Of a stretch of DNA of 64,000 nucleotides, positions 1 to 13,679 are shown in pieces (position 1 is the stretch's first letter; the number at the start of each line of letters is the position of its first letter). The position numbers and the translations under genes were made by a program. The notes below the pieces were generated by a model. The model made no database searches. It saw nothing but the letters and a program-made list of their open reading frames with translations, and was not told the origin of the DNA. Source of the DNA: Antedon mediterranea (lineage: Eukaryota; Animalia; Echinodermata); contig NC_092671.1 of NCBI RefSeq assembly GCF_964355755.1, positions 10,850,001-10,914,000 on the forward strand, read 5' to 3'.

Positions 1-1769
1 AAAACTTCCGCCATTGATGTCACTCGAGTTTGTTTGTCGTTTGAGGTGCCAGAAATACATACATAGATGTTGTATATTGTATTGCGTACGTCTTTGCCAG
101 ATCACGATAAAACTAACCTAATTATAATTGTAATGAGTTAATTTGAATAATAGTGCGGTTTATTAGTAACGCTTAACGTGAATTATCGTTGAAAAAGAGA
201 CCCGATAGCAAAGAATCGTTGTTATTTATGCCTCTGTTTTGTATACTATAAGTTATTTATTATCTTAGTGTATACAAATCCAAAGGCAAAATGACAATGC
301 TGTGGGTATCAGTGGCTGGATCGCTGCAATGGAGATACAATAACAAGAGCGAAAAGCTAAATCAAAACGATAAAGTAAAACAGCAAGAAAAGTTAGCAGC
401 GAGCTTTCGGTCAACACTAGCCCTTCATCGGTGCAAGTGTATGTATATGTATATAGATTTTTTTTTTTACTTTTTTAAATGGTGGCTATGACTCACATAT
501 TGTTTTGCTTTTTATAGGATATTTCATTTCTTGCACTTCTACTATGTAATGTGTGTGGTAAAAAAAAATATATACTATTCGCATTCCCAATTATAGGCTA
601 AATGTTAAAAAAAGACAGAAAAAAAACCCCCCAAAACAAGTCAATTAAAGGAAGGTGTAATGAAAGCTAGAGAGGGAACATGATATATTAATAATCAATC
701 GGTTATATTTTAAGTTGATGAAGAATTGTATAGTCAGTTAAAATCCCAGTCAACAAACCTAGGCAATCAGCAAAAATGGGCATTTATAACTGGGCCATGT
801 GAAGTGATATCACTTTCTTTTATTCAATACGTTTTACTGATTATTGTCTTTTCCACTGTCTAATGAAGATCTATTGTAGAAAATCAATTTTCTCTTTGGA
901 GACTGAAATCTAATCTTCGCATACGTGTGCTACACTAATATTACTACATACAATCGTCATGCTTTCGATTCATTAGGCAGAGAAGAAGTTGTCATAATTG
1001 GTTGTATTTGTAATAGTGCAATCAGAAAATGTAGGCTTATAAGTAAATGATATGGGTTCCATCTTCAATTATAATCTGTCTCTGAATCTTCTATACTGCT
1101 CCTAAAATACTAGACCTACTAACTAGCAGAAAGATACCAATAAAACTGAAGCATGACTAAAGCACAAAATATTAAAAAAAATAAGTGCTAAGGCATAAAC
1201 AAATCATCATTTTAAAAAAATGTCTTTACTCGGGTGAGGAGTAAGCCTGACGTAGGCCACGTGATACTCAACGTTTTAATATAAATTAGTATAGTATTAC
1301 CGTAACAACTCGAATAGGCCCACTATGATGTAATTATAGGCCTAGTATTCTACTTCTAGCCTATTTTGCCGTGACCGCCGTTTAATAATTCATGACCATG
1401 TACATTAAATTACACAGGCCTAGTTACTAATAATAATTGAATCAATAATGCATTAATTAATAATTTAACTGCAGCGGAAAATAAGTAATTGAAGGCCGCT
1501 TTACTACGGTAAATTTCAATCAGCTTCATGTTAACAACAATCTTAAAAAAGGTTGACAATAAAACAAAAATGTTTTCTACATCGTCGAAAGCATGGTGCG
1601 CGAGTATATTAATATTCATTTCATGACGTCGTGAAAAAAAAGCGCAACCAATCAGAACTCATGAATGTTCGAATTTCATTCGCTACTGGTAATATCTGTC
1701 ACTGGTGGTGGAAACAGGCTTTATAAAATCGTATCGCTAATAATATTATATTAAATAATAATAATAATA

Positions 1770-1925
1770 TTACACTTTTATAAAGCGCTAATTACTGATG
1801 TCTCAGCGCTAAAATATCAACAAGAATTATTGAAAAAGGCGATATTTTAGAAGTGACTTGAATTGCTTAGGAGATTTACATTGACGGATATGGAGTGGAA
1901 GCTGGTTCCAAACTAGTAGCGCTTG
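1770..1925 (-). mobile_element. 3'-terminal fragment of a non-LTR retrotransposon (LINE, L2/CR1-like)
   Basis: The minus-strand ORF ends VWNQLPLHIRQCKSPKQFKSLLK, the WNxLPxxIRxxxSxxxFKxxLK pattern typical of LINE ORF2 C-termini. An AT-rich tail follows. Confidence 0.6.
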
Positions 1926-2284
1926 TGCAAAAAAACCCCACTTGGGGTAAAATTTAAGGTGTGATTTTGGAGTAGATAAAATAATTATTTTTATGTTATA
2001 AATATGTTTATGATAACTCATGTGAATGTGAGAATTTTTCATGGATATGAAGACATTTCTCTCCGTGGTGTGAGTAAGACTGAAGAGGGCGCTAAGCACG
2101 AGCTTACGACATACCATGGCATAAAACAAGAACATTGGAATTGGAACCCGTTTGTTTGTTTGTTTACGTTTGGGTGATTTCCGTTTATTTACGTGTTAAT
2201 AAGTTAAGCCACAACTCCCTGCAAAAAAAAAGATATATGAATAGTGTGTTTTCTTATACAGTATATAGTACGCCAAATTGAATA

Positions 2285-3006
2285 ATGTTATCGTTTGTGT
2301 ACGGTACCCTGAAACGAGGCCAGCCTAACCACCACCTCTTGCAGAATCCCTCTAATGGCAAAGGAAAGTACCTTGGCACGGCCAAAACGTATGAAAAGTG
2401 GCCTTTGGTCGTAGGTTCTCGACACAATATACCTTACATTTTGGATTGTCCAGGAAAGGGACATGTAAGTACTGTATTGCTATAGTATACAGTAGTATAA
2501 GGTATGGAGGTATAAATATATATACCTCATGAGTATAGCAACGTGTAAATTGGTATTTTCTATAGGCACGGTTTGGTTATTGCCATGCGTCTAGTATCTG
2601 TTTTTAATCAGCATGGTTGTAAACTAATGCAATAGCCAAGTGATGAGATGTTTTTTTTTAAATAGAAATTAATTTATTTCATTTATTCACAAAATGCTTT
2701 TAGAATGTTATGGGTGAAGTATTTGAGATTGACAATACAATGTTAGCAGCTTTAGATCGGCTCGAGGGTCACCCAATCTATTACCAACGTACAGACATCA
2801 AAGTAACATTAGTACAAGACGCTGACGGCAATCCTCTCCAGAATCAAACTCCTATAACCTGTATGTTTTATGTCTTGAGGAACTTTAAAGATCACATGAT
2901 GGAACTTCCATTTATAGAAGAATACAAAAATGGAATCCCTCTGAAATATAATCCACACAGTGATAGGGATGAAGATGATCACAGAGTTGATGTAATGCAT
3001 ATTTGA
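2285..3006 (+). CDS. GGACT: Gamma-glutamylaminecyclotransferase (GGACT/AIG2-like), 2 exons, about 160 aa
   Basis: Exons 2285-2464 and 2704-3006, joined by a phase-0 GT-AG intron. Family motifs FVYGTLKRGQPNH, GEVFEID and LDRLEGHPIYYQR are present. Confidence 0.92.
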
Positions 3007-4420
3007 ACAATTTTATTATATAAACTGATTGTATTTTTACTTCTTTTAAAGAAGGCTTCTTAAAATCAAAAGTACTGTTGTACGTCACTTTAAAGATATA
3101 TTATTGATTACTTTGAGAATACAAATTTGAAAATAACAGTCACTATCTATATCATTTTTGTCACACTATATCTATATAATAATGGTCATCTTAATAAATG
3201 TTATCAGGCTGGGGATGGTTAGCGTAGTATTATAAATTATCAGTATATATGTCATAGCTTATGGAAAGTAGTTATGGTAACGTTTTCCTATGAAGACAAA
3301 AAATGAATAGTGGCAGATATAATAAGCATTATTTTAAACCAAAGTGTGTTTAAAACCTGCTGCCATGTTAAACCGGATACATAAAATATGCCACCACACA
3401 TTTTTGTTTTACATTTAGTATGTATTTAATATTTTGTATAGATACGACTTTAGTTCACATAATGTTGTCTTGCTTTTGAAACCGACATGCTATACTCCCT
3501 AAAGATACAGTTTATATATAATATACTATTTTAGTTTCTGAGATTTATGATGCAATAATATTAAAATTACTGTTCCAATAATAGTCCTTATATCATTCAA
3601 TATTACAGAAAATATATCCATTAACATTTTAATAGTAACAGAAAAATATTCAAATGACAAAAATATATTTAATTCACATTAGGTTATTTTGATATTAAAC
3701 AATACAGGAAAAATAATTATAACAGATGCTGTACTTCATTTCTATTTCAATAGAGGAATTCAAAGTCAATTGATACCATGAAATATATTAAGAGATATTC
3801 TTCAGTCAACTGCTATTCCATAGGGGGCGTTCGATTTGCGATGACCTACTATATACGCATACTGTGCTGTTGGTCGTTGTGTCGGGGAATCGAGCAAGGA
3901 GGCAATGATCCTGCATACACACATTGAATTAACATGACGTAATGAGTTTCTAGATTGTCGCAAATCAAATGATTTCTAATTACTACACAGATGAGAATAG
4001 AAAATATTATACTGTAGTGTAATTATAAACTTAGATCAATTCAATGTACATGAACCCTCTAACTGATCGAGATATATTTCTACCATGGAGGAGTACTCCA
4101 GGATTTTACCGAAATGCCCAATATTAACATATTGTAAACCTTAAATGGAGAAACAAAATCAACCGTATTGTGTACAAATTGAGATTTGAAGAGACAAACA
4201 TAGTCACTGAGTTGGCATCAACTTTTATGAATATTGCAACACAAATATGAAAACATGCCTCAAGAACATAGATAACAATCATTTCCCTTGCCTGCAAACA
4301 CAATACGGAGTAATAAAAACAATAAACGAAGCCCTTAGCCACAATACTCGGAAAGCTTGTTGTGTAGATCTATTTGTCCAGGTAAATCTTGTCGATAATT
4401 CCTAAATGTAAAGGTTAACA

Positions 4421-7225
4421 TCAATTCTGCTGGAGAGCCGAGTATTTATTCTGAGTTTCTATCTGATTATTTTTTTTGGACGGGTCTTCAGCTGAACCGC
4501 GGCTGCTTCCTTTCGTAACTGTTTCAAAATCTCGTTCACTTTCTTTTGTTCTGGAAAATAATACAATTAAACATTTTTTTAAAACTAGTAATGTCATGTC
4601 GGATCAATTCAATGTAAACAGGTCACAAGTATATGGTAGACTAGATACGCCTATACCCTCCTAGGGAATGTCATTTTTTTAAATATTATTTTGGTATAAA
4701 AATATAATACAAAAAGCAGAAAAAGTTTTGTGATCATATGAATACAAAATATCAGATTTGTATTATTTACTGTCAATCTCTTAAAAATCGCTTATAAAAA
4801 ATATGAAAAAAAAAATTAGAAGCTTTTTGGTGCAGGTTTGAATTTTTGGCATTACTATTACAAGTATATTGACACTTACTTATATTTTGCAATGTCTATA
4901 CTAGCAGATAAAGATGGAAAGTCCGATTCACTGGTAATTTCTGGAGCTGTCATTTTTTTTCTTCTTCTCAGTCTGTCATTAGAAGGTGTCATTGATTGTT
5001 CTGTCACAGTAGCTCCAGCTCTTTTTGCTGGTGGGACATACTTGTTGGACTTGGGAGCCTCTGGTTCCGGTGCTGGTGGTGGTTGGGCGACCGGTTCTGG
5101 TGCAGGTTTTTCAACTACTTCAGCTACATTGCAAAGAAACAGAAATTACATTCTAACTGTTTTGGCGCTAATACACTTATGTACCTACAGTAGGTCGATG
5201 GGTTAAAGTAGGTTCAGATTTTACCACTGAATAATATTACCTGAATCTAAAACTAAAAATTAACTCAGTGGGTGTGAAAATGCATAAGTGATGTTACATG
5301 TTGTCTCTCATATAAAATATCAGGCTCCACGATTAAAAAGAAATGACTCTAATGCCTCCTTATCACTAAGGTAAGATAAGATAGTAATTGATTGTATGCC
5401 AAATATATATAATATGTTTGTAACCACACTAACCCCACTTATTTTGTGATTCAATTGTGATTGAATGTTGCAGTAAATAAAGACAGGCTGTTAACAATTT
5501 CAAACTATAGTCAAGTGAATCTAGTGATATTTAAAGGTATAAACACATCACAAATTCACTTGAACAATGCTCCATTTAATCTTAATACAAGAATTATTTA
5601 CTTTCAAGATATGATGAACGTTAAATATCTATTTCATAAGACCAGTTAAGATTGGGTAAAGTGGATTAAATAGAATTTGTAGCTTTGTTTCCTTGTATTT
5701 ATTATTAGTTTATATGTATATATATTTTTTCTTTTCAGATTTCATGTTATATATCTTGGGGTGGGTCAAACTTCAGAGTCTTTTTGACTTATATGACTCT
5801 CCCCCCCACATGATTACTTACACTATTTATTAACCTGTATGTTGTTATATTGTGGAAATAATTGAAATTGAAAAATTAGAGAGCATATTTTATTATTATT
5901 ACCTGCAGATGATTCTGTTACTTGCTGTTTATTCCAAGGACCTGATGTACCATCAGATTTTACAAGCTCTCCATTTTCATCAAATTCATCACCTTCTTGA
6001 ATTTGTTCATCAGCATCGTTTCCTGTTCTGTAAGTGTACGTACAATAATAATAATGTTAGGAATTAACAGTTGTTTATCCGAAATTAAGGTATTTGTATT
6101 TGTAAATAAGAGTTATTTATTAATTGTAAGAAATTTGACCCGTTTTATAACAATAAAAAAAGATAAAACAGATTTTATTCAACCTGTACTTGACTGATTA
6201 GCTACCTTTCATTTTCATGATGCGGCACTATACTACATGCATATTTAGTCAAATAGTAATTCTGTGCATTCCCAGAAACATATTCATGATCATGCATATA
6301 GTAGAATTACTGTTGGACTCAATAGCTGGATAGTTTCTTGCGGCATTGTGAAAACAACAGATCGGTATTCAGAGAATTTAGTAAGAAAAGAAAAAAGTAA
6401 TCAACGAATCACTACTGTACCCAATTTGTAATGATTGTATCCTAAGTCCGCTGTAGTCTTTGGTAGATGGGTCATCAAAATCTTTCCATTCATCATCTCC
6501 CTAAAAAAAATGCAGGGAAACATGTTAATTATGAAAAAAGAGGAAAAATAGAGCTAGGCAGTCGTATCACTGTTCGAGTTTAATCGCAAACACTAATATA
6601 AAAATTAATATAAAAAAAGTGTTTAGTTGTTGGAATTTTTAGTGGTGGTCTGTGCTTGTTGTATTTGGCCTAGGCCTAGAACCCATATAATACTTTAAAT
6701 AGTTAATACTAAAATAGATGCCAGGGCAGAAATAAAAAGTAAAACAAGCTTCTTTCTAGGCTTACTAGGTAGTATACTGTCTAGTCTGGGCTAGGCCTAA
6801 CCTGCCTCATAATCAACACATTAGCGGCTGGCTCGACTCTGCTCGCCTGCCTAAAAAAGTTTTATTTGGGCCTAGGTAGGCTAGGCCCTGGCTAGCTAGG
6901 TAGCCGAGGCCTAAAATAAATAAGTATTGTTAATAACGGAAGGTCGAAGGAAGAGGAAATATTAGCTTACTTGTGGAATTTCATTTGCTGGCTTTGTTAC
7001 AATATCGTCGCCAGTTTCATCAGTCACTACTGGAAAAACTTGGTTCTGTTTCTTCTCCTTCTTTTCTTTTTTCTCACCATCTGCTGCACTGCTGGCAGTC
7101 GTGCCTGTCGAGAGGGTTTTCGCGATTTGGTCCGAGGTAGTAAATTTACTTTTATTAGCCTTAGATTTCGACCTTTTACTCTTGTCTTTTTTAGCAAAAA
7201 AGTCTTCAACTGATTTATCGGTCAT
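4421..7225 (-). CDS. CDV3: CDV3 homologue, 5 exons, about 277 aa
   Basis: Exons 7225-6971, 6500-6421, 6027-5903, 5123-4880 and 4550-4421 join in frame through GT-AG introns. Motifs SVEDFFAKKDK, DEWKDF..KDYSGLRIQ, SGPWNK, KYVPP, APEITSESDFPSL and NKYSAL match CDV3. Confidence 0.92.
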
Positions 7226-7850
7226 ATTTAATGATATAATTTGTTCATAAAACAAAAGAAAATTATTTTAAATACTAGATTTGACACATTTCCTGATGAC
7301 AAACAACGATCTTCCTCGGGAAAAATGTGGCGAGTTGACCGGCGGTCTGCTTAGATTGTTTTTACAAATAGCGAAACTAAGCGGACCACCAACAACAGTA
7401 ACAAAAATATAGCTGATTTTAAAGATTAGTGCATTGCAAATAATTTGTTTAGATGTAATAATACATATGATTTTAAAAATATAACACAGAATTTGTAATA
7501 AAAAAAGCCAAAATTGTATTTGATCATTTGTTGTCTGTGATTTATATACATTGATGTCGTCACGTCAGTTCGCAAATTTCATTATGTAAGTACTTAGTTT
7601 AAGCCTAGTGCATTTTGCCTATGTGTATTTAAGAAATTCAATTGTACCATTGAATAACACAATACAGCCTTATGCTAAATGTGTTTATTGTATTAAATTA
7701 AAATATTGTTTTAACTTTGTTACTTAATAATAGAAAAAACTGATCTGATTTATTTCACTAACGTTAAGGTAAATAAGATTATACAATCACTATAATCAAA
7801 ATGGAATATTCCAATGACCTGGCCTATCGCGAATAAATCTGAATAATTTA

Positions 7851-7860
7851 GGGGATTCCC
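7851..7860 (+). promoter_or_regulatory. kappaB (NF-kB/Rel) consensus site upstream of the Roc-death gene
   Basis: GGGGATTCCC at 7851-7860. Related motifs are GGAATATTCC at 7803-7812 and GGGGTTTTCCC at 8330-8340. This is a motif match only. Confidence 0.5.
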
Positions 7861-8863
7861 CGATCAAAACCAAAACATTAATTTTAGTAGTTAAGTTCTA
7901 AATGAAGAAAGAAGAAATAAAAATTAATAACCTTTTAACAAATGGAATCTTTCCTAGATTGATAGTGCACTGAAGACCGGATAGACGTTATCAAGGTAGG
8001 TATAGGGATTTTCATGCATAATACTAATTATATTCTACAGCCTGCTGCAGTAAATAATGACACTATACAATACAACGAAGGGAGAGGGCTTTTTTTATGC
8101 ATTTTCATGGCGGGTTCTGCTCTTCTTGTGGCCCACTCAGTAATTTGTTCAATTGGTCATATAACATTATAACTGATTATTAACTGATTCCAAGATGTGA
8201 CAGTTGTCGATTTTTATCATTATCCGGGTGTTAATTTTATATATTGAATATTATACTAGGCCTAGGCCTAATTGAAGCATGCAGGGAATTGAACAATAGG
8301 CTCCCTGTTTAAAGGATATAAGACAGAGCGGGGTTTTCCCGCACGGACAGGTGAATTAAATTATTATATTTCGTCACATCTTGATACATAGTATATAAAA
8401 CAATTTGTTTTTCAGCAGAGAGACAAGAAGAAATCTTAATCAAGTTATGAAACTAAAGTAGGCCTACCATAAGACTACAATACTGTGCCTTGACATAATG
8501 ACATGAATGTATAGGCCTACAGTTAGGGTGGAGGGGGCGGTTTGGCAACATGTTTCCTTCTTTCTAGGATTTTTATCAGATAATCTACGACTACTCTTGT
8601 AACATGACCACAGTGCTGATTTTGCCATTTTCCCTTTAACTTTATAGGCACACGGATGGCTTGAATTGTCACTATTGCCCTTTTTGCCAGTGATAGGCCT
8701 ACCACTAGCAAAAAAAAGCAGTATTCATGGTTATAGCATTGCACAGTGCATAATCCCATCAAGTGTACAAATCAAATCACCTGACATATTATTATTTATA
8801 AACTAATATTAACCCCACCTTTTTCAACAGATTTATGAGATAATCCCTACAAAAAACGCAAGC

Positions 8864-11800
8864 ATGCGTGACCGTCACAGAAAAATAAAAAATGGGGATT
8901 TTTTTGGAAAACGACGTATAATAGTTCTTGGAGAAACTGGCGTTGGAAAAACGTCTCTGATAAATAATCTAACAGATTATTTGGACGACTGTGACACCGT
9001 TCCAACCGATAGTATAGGAATTACACATTGTTACCTGACAAGTGACTCTTCGAGGTTATCACTTCCATCATGTCTTCACCTAGATATATCTCCTGAACTT
9101 GAATCAGAAAGTGGACGAATTTCACCTACGATATCTCAAAAAGTTGAATCAGAAATTGAACAAAGTTTACCAACAATATCCCCTGAACCAGAAATTGGAA
9201 AATGTATACAACATACAATATCTCCTGAAAGTGAATCAGAAATTTCACGCCGTACATCTACGATATCCCACAAAGTTCAATCAGAAATTTTACACAGTCG
9301 GGCACACAGTACCTCTACGTATCCTGATGTTGAATCAGAAGTTGAAAAAGGTAAACCTACAATATCTATGAGTCAAGTCAAATCAGACATTGAAAAAAGT
9401 ACAGATACATGTATTCCGCCTCCAACGGTATCATCATACCAAACTACATATTTGGAAGATGCTCAAGATACCTGTATATCAGTTTTTCTTGCAACAGTTT
9501 ATCTATTAATTGTTGAACTTCCATATTATGGTCTTGGGGCATTGTTTTTGTCAGTATTATGCACGTTTCAAATAATCAAACTTATTCTCACTGGTAAATT
9601 GTCTTTCCAGTCAGTCCCTCGGGTTTTTGATGTTACGCTGTTTCTAACTTTGATTACTCTATTAATTGGATTAATGCGACTAGACATTTCTGATGCGACT
9701 GAATTAAATCGAAAGTTTGCTTTAAGATGTCTTATGTTTCTTGCATGTATCACTGCCACTAAATTCAAATGTCGTATTGGAATTATTTTAGCTCTGAACT
9801 TCTTCCAATTTCCAGAAGGTTGTATTCACCATGCCACTTCAGAACTCATTTCATGGGATGTGAAGTATAAACACGTGATATTTATTTTTATTATTTATTT
9901 GTCGATAGGCTTACTCATGCTATTGGATTGCTTTACACTTCTTACTAGAAATAATTGCACGGTGGTTGCTGGAATTCTTTTAGCTGTTCTGGTTTTAGTT
10001 TCATATTTGATATATCCATCTACGTCGTTTGTTTTCATCGTAACAAGCATTACTATACATCTTATTCCATGTTGTTACGGTACAAATTTGCATACTGTAG
10101 TTGGTCCAAAATTACAATGTATCGCTATTATAACGTGTGTCATCTTAACATGCGTATTTGGTTTAGAAAGTGTTTCACCGAATTCTACATCTTCAGTTTA
10201 TATTGAGGTTATCTTAAATTGTGGTTTGATTGTAGTGCTTTGGCGGTGTTCAAGTATACAAAAAATGATTGAACATAAACAGGTTGAAAATACTTCTAGT
10301 TTTTTTAAGGAAGGGTACAAAACTACAGTAGCGCCACTAACTATTTCAATTCAGTCGGTCATTTCGGCCAAAACTAGTGAGATAAATGTTGATTATTTTT
10401 CACTTAAGTTATTGGAGTTTGCTGGAACCGTTCAGTTTGAAAACCTTTACCACGAGTTCATCACACATGCGGACGTTTACATATATGTTTTCAAATTAAA
10501 ACGAAACATTGCTCCTGAAACGCAAGGGAATATCTTATTAAAGCGATTGCATGCCTTGAAAAGTAAAGGAATTCTTAAATCTTCATTTCTACTACTTGTT
10601 GGCACACATAAATCGGATGTCACGCAGACTTACATTGATTCTCTGCTGAAACAAATTGACATGGAAGAATGGCGTAAACTATGTTGTAGAAACAATGATG
10701 AGCAGATGCTTTATACTGTGGATAACGATAAAAAAGATAACAAACAGTTTGATGACATTGTCCACGGTGTTTGGGAAAGATTGATTTCTCAAGAACGAGC
10801 ACGAGACATCCCAATGGAATATGTCAATTTACAGGGAAAGACTATTCACTTAAAAGAAAAACATGATGGAAAAATACACATTCCACAAACACTGTATGAA
10901 CAATCGAGTACTGACATTTCAACATCGAGTTCAGAAATTGACGATACAGACAATTTGTTAGAGGTTATAGTTCGTCTGTTTACAGATAGAATTGATAAAG
11001 TTGAATGGATTAAAGAAGGTAAACTGCGTGACATCTGCAATTCCACATCGAATAACTTAGTTAACGTTTTACAAGAATTGGATTTGGTTTCTTTCAAAGA
11101 TAGGCCTACAGATAAACTCTGTTTGGTACCTTCATTGCTGCCAACATGTCAAAGTTGTTCGATTAGACGCCAGACGAACGAGGACGCTGTGTTCTATGTT
11201 GACTTTCCCATGTTTCATGGAGCAGTCTTTTATCTGATTGTACTTTATATTTTAGAAAAATATAACAACATACAAGTGCATCATGTTTGCAAGACCACTG
11301 CAGATCTCCGAATCGCAAATGAACTTGAGCTTTTATTGGGTATGATTCAAGTCACAGAAACGCACAGTGTAATCTGTATTTCAATACGGACATTATCAAA
11401 TAGTCACCATTATATGAACATGTTGCATAATATACTAACTCTTGTCAACACAACATGCGAACAGAAGTTTAGAAATTTGAAATATAGTTTTGGTTTGAAG
11501 TGTCCTGAGGCTAAGTCACAAGACCCAAGTAAAGCTGGTTTTCATATCTTAACGTTGGCATCACGTGATACAAAGTTACCGGACGATTTGAATGCAACCA
11601 TTAGTGTTGATTGTTGTAACAAGACGCACGTATGGTCTGCGAACGACAACAAGGTAAATAAGTTTAATGATACAGAAGTAATTTAATTGTATTATTGTTG
11701 GCCTTTATAAGGGGTAAAACGTTCATAATCGCTTCATGCAATAATAATAGTAGGCATACAGCAATTATTATTAACAATCAGATACATGTTGGTAATTCGG

Positions 11801-13679
11801 ATACGGTATGCCACCGATTAAGTTAAAAATATACATAATTAATATGCACAAACTTTTTTTCAATATAACCCTTTATTGCGGAAATACATTGTACAAACAC
11901 AATGAAACAAAAAATGATATAAATATTATCCTAAACTTAATTTTGTATGCACTTGACAAAAAAGGTGCGCGAACGCACGTACCACCTAAACCAGACACAG
12001 TATCATGATACACAAGAACTGACGTGTTCTGAGTAAACTAGTAATAGTATCTCCTGTTGTGGTCTAATTGTTGTTTTACTCGCCCTGTGAATGATACATT
12101 GGATGTTCGAATCCCGGCAGAGATATTTTTTTATCATAACAAATCTCAGTGATAGTCTTTTAATTGTTCATTAACTAGATACAGTACCTCGAATGGCGCA
12201 CACAAATTAATAACGTGTATCATTTCCGTTGATATTGTTGTTGAACTCCTCGATAACAATCAAGTGGTTTTACAAGAATACTAAAATAATTCCCAGGCCA
12301 GTGGATCTTCACTGAGATTATGTAGACCTACATCTTTCCAGGGAAAAGCGAGTGTTCTGTTCTTGCAAGTAACAACAGCGAGGTTGTTACTTGCAATCAA
12401 TTTTGATTGGTTTCACTGTCAATTGGAAATGGCTGAGCGACGCGCACGCTCGAGATACTTGCGTACTGTAGTCGTGCTTATTTGAATACAATTGGTAGAG
12501 TGTTAACACTTAATACAGGTACATATAATATCAATATATAACCATTCATGGTCTCAGCAATGATGTTACATTAATTCAACCAACAAAATCCTATAAAACA
12601 AAACCACTCCATCCGCAGCGCCAGACTGATATAAAAAATGCCTGGACAGAAAATCTGAAATGCATTTACCATCATATAATGATATGATGATATAATATCA
12701 GTATCACTATTAATTCAGAAATCATAACAAAGGTACATTACTAGGCTTTAGAGAGTATAGAAGTCTAGGAAATACCACAATGCGTGCACTAAACCTAGAA
12801 ATGATTTTTAAAAATTAAATCGTCAAAATCCCAAAAAGTCTTCTTTCACCCCTTTTAAAAGAAATATCTCAGGTTAAATTAATACCGATAAGTCCAATTA
12901 GAAGTCATAATCATATATTTAAATATAGCAATCAGCAATATAGCCTAGAGAAAAAAGAAACATGCATTGTAAGCGTGCATCCACAATGAGGTATTTTTCG
13001 TTAGATATTATTAATATTTGAAATGTTTTTATTATGTCAAAGGTCGCAACTGCTTTGAACGCTAGAATACTGGTTTTTAAAGATTGGCCACAAGAAGTGG
13101 TGAACGTGGTGTGTAAAGAATTGGATAAAAGTACTTTCAGGAGCTGGAAAGAATTGGCTGGTATGTTGTTTAAATTAAATCTTTCAAATGGTAGATTCTC
13201 ACTTTTTTTGTCTATTCACATTTTTCACTTGTTTTTATTCAAATTGTTATATTAATTTTCTCTATGAATTATTATTTTAAAATGTTTATTTCTTTAGTTA
13301 GTTCAACTAATTATAAATTAAAGGAAAGTCTTCTAAAAGTTTGTTTTTGCCGATGCTCTGAGAAATTAAAAAAGACAAATATATATTTAATTTTGTTATT
13401 TGCTTTTACTAGTTTTAGTTAGTTGGTACCGTACATTATGAAGAAATACTCGACGTGGTTTCTGTTTTATTTTAAATAGGAGTACTCCACTTTACCGTGG
13501 ATATGGTTGAAACTATTGAACAAAAAGATAACAAAACATCGCAAGTGCTACAAAGTTGGAACATGATGTCGCCGACTCCTCCCACATTAGAAGATCTTAT
13601 TAATGCGTTGAGAAAGGATCCATTGGAAAGAAGAGATATCATTAGAGAAATTGAACAATGTTTAAAGCAAGTCGAATAA
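8864..13679 (+). CDS. Roc/COR-like GTPase with an internal multi-pass transmembrane insert and a C-terminal death domain, about 1035 aa
   Basis: Exons 8864-11653, 13043-13160 and 13480-13679 join in frame (phases 0 and 1). Motifs: P-loop GETGVGKTS, switch-I-like TDSIGI, G3-like LLEFAG..F..LYHEFIT, G4-like LLVGTHKSD and COR-like LVPSLLP. The last two exons encode WKELAGVLHF..IEQ..TSQVLQSW..TLEDLINALRK..LERRDII, a death-domain pattern. Upstream exons ending near 7995 and at 8457 look non-coding. Confidence 0.8.
12050..12150 (+). mobile_element. Degenerate tRNA-derived SINE head in an intron
   Basis: An A-box-like TGGTCTAATTG and a B-box GTTCGAATCCC are present. No intact tRNA cloverleaf is visible. 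Confidence 0.35.

Noticed and set aside
1-60. Possible minus-strand gene start (ATGGCGGAAGTT at 14-3)
   Set aside because: Only four codons lie inside the window, so it cannot be told apart from a YY1/ETS-like promoter motif.
291-491. 66-aa ORF
   Set aside because: It has no recognisable motif and no consistent exon chain.
4838-5206. Plus-strand 122-aa hydrophobic ORF (also 6971-7213 and 5852-6067)
   Set aside because: These are antisense shadows of CDV3 exons.
11654-11686. The 940-aa ORF as a complete single-exon gene or viral insert
   Set aside because: A donor at 11653/11654 splices in frame to the death-domain exons and an acceptor precedes the ORF at 8830. A death-less read-through isoform remains possible.
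12050-12130. tRNA gene
   Set aside because: A B-box is present but the stems do not pair. It is better explained as a SINE relic.
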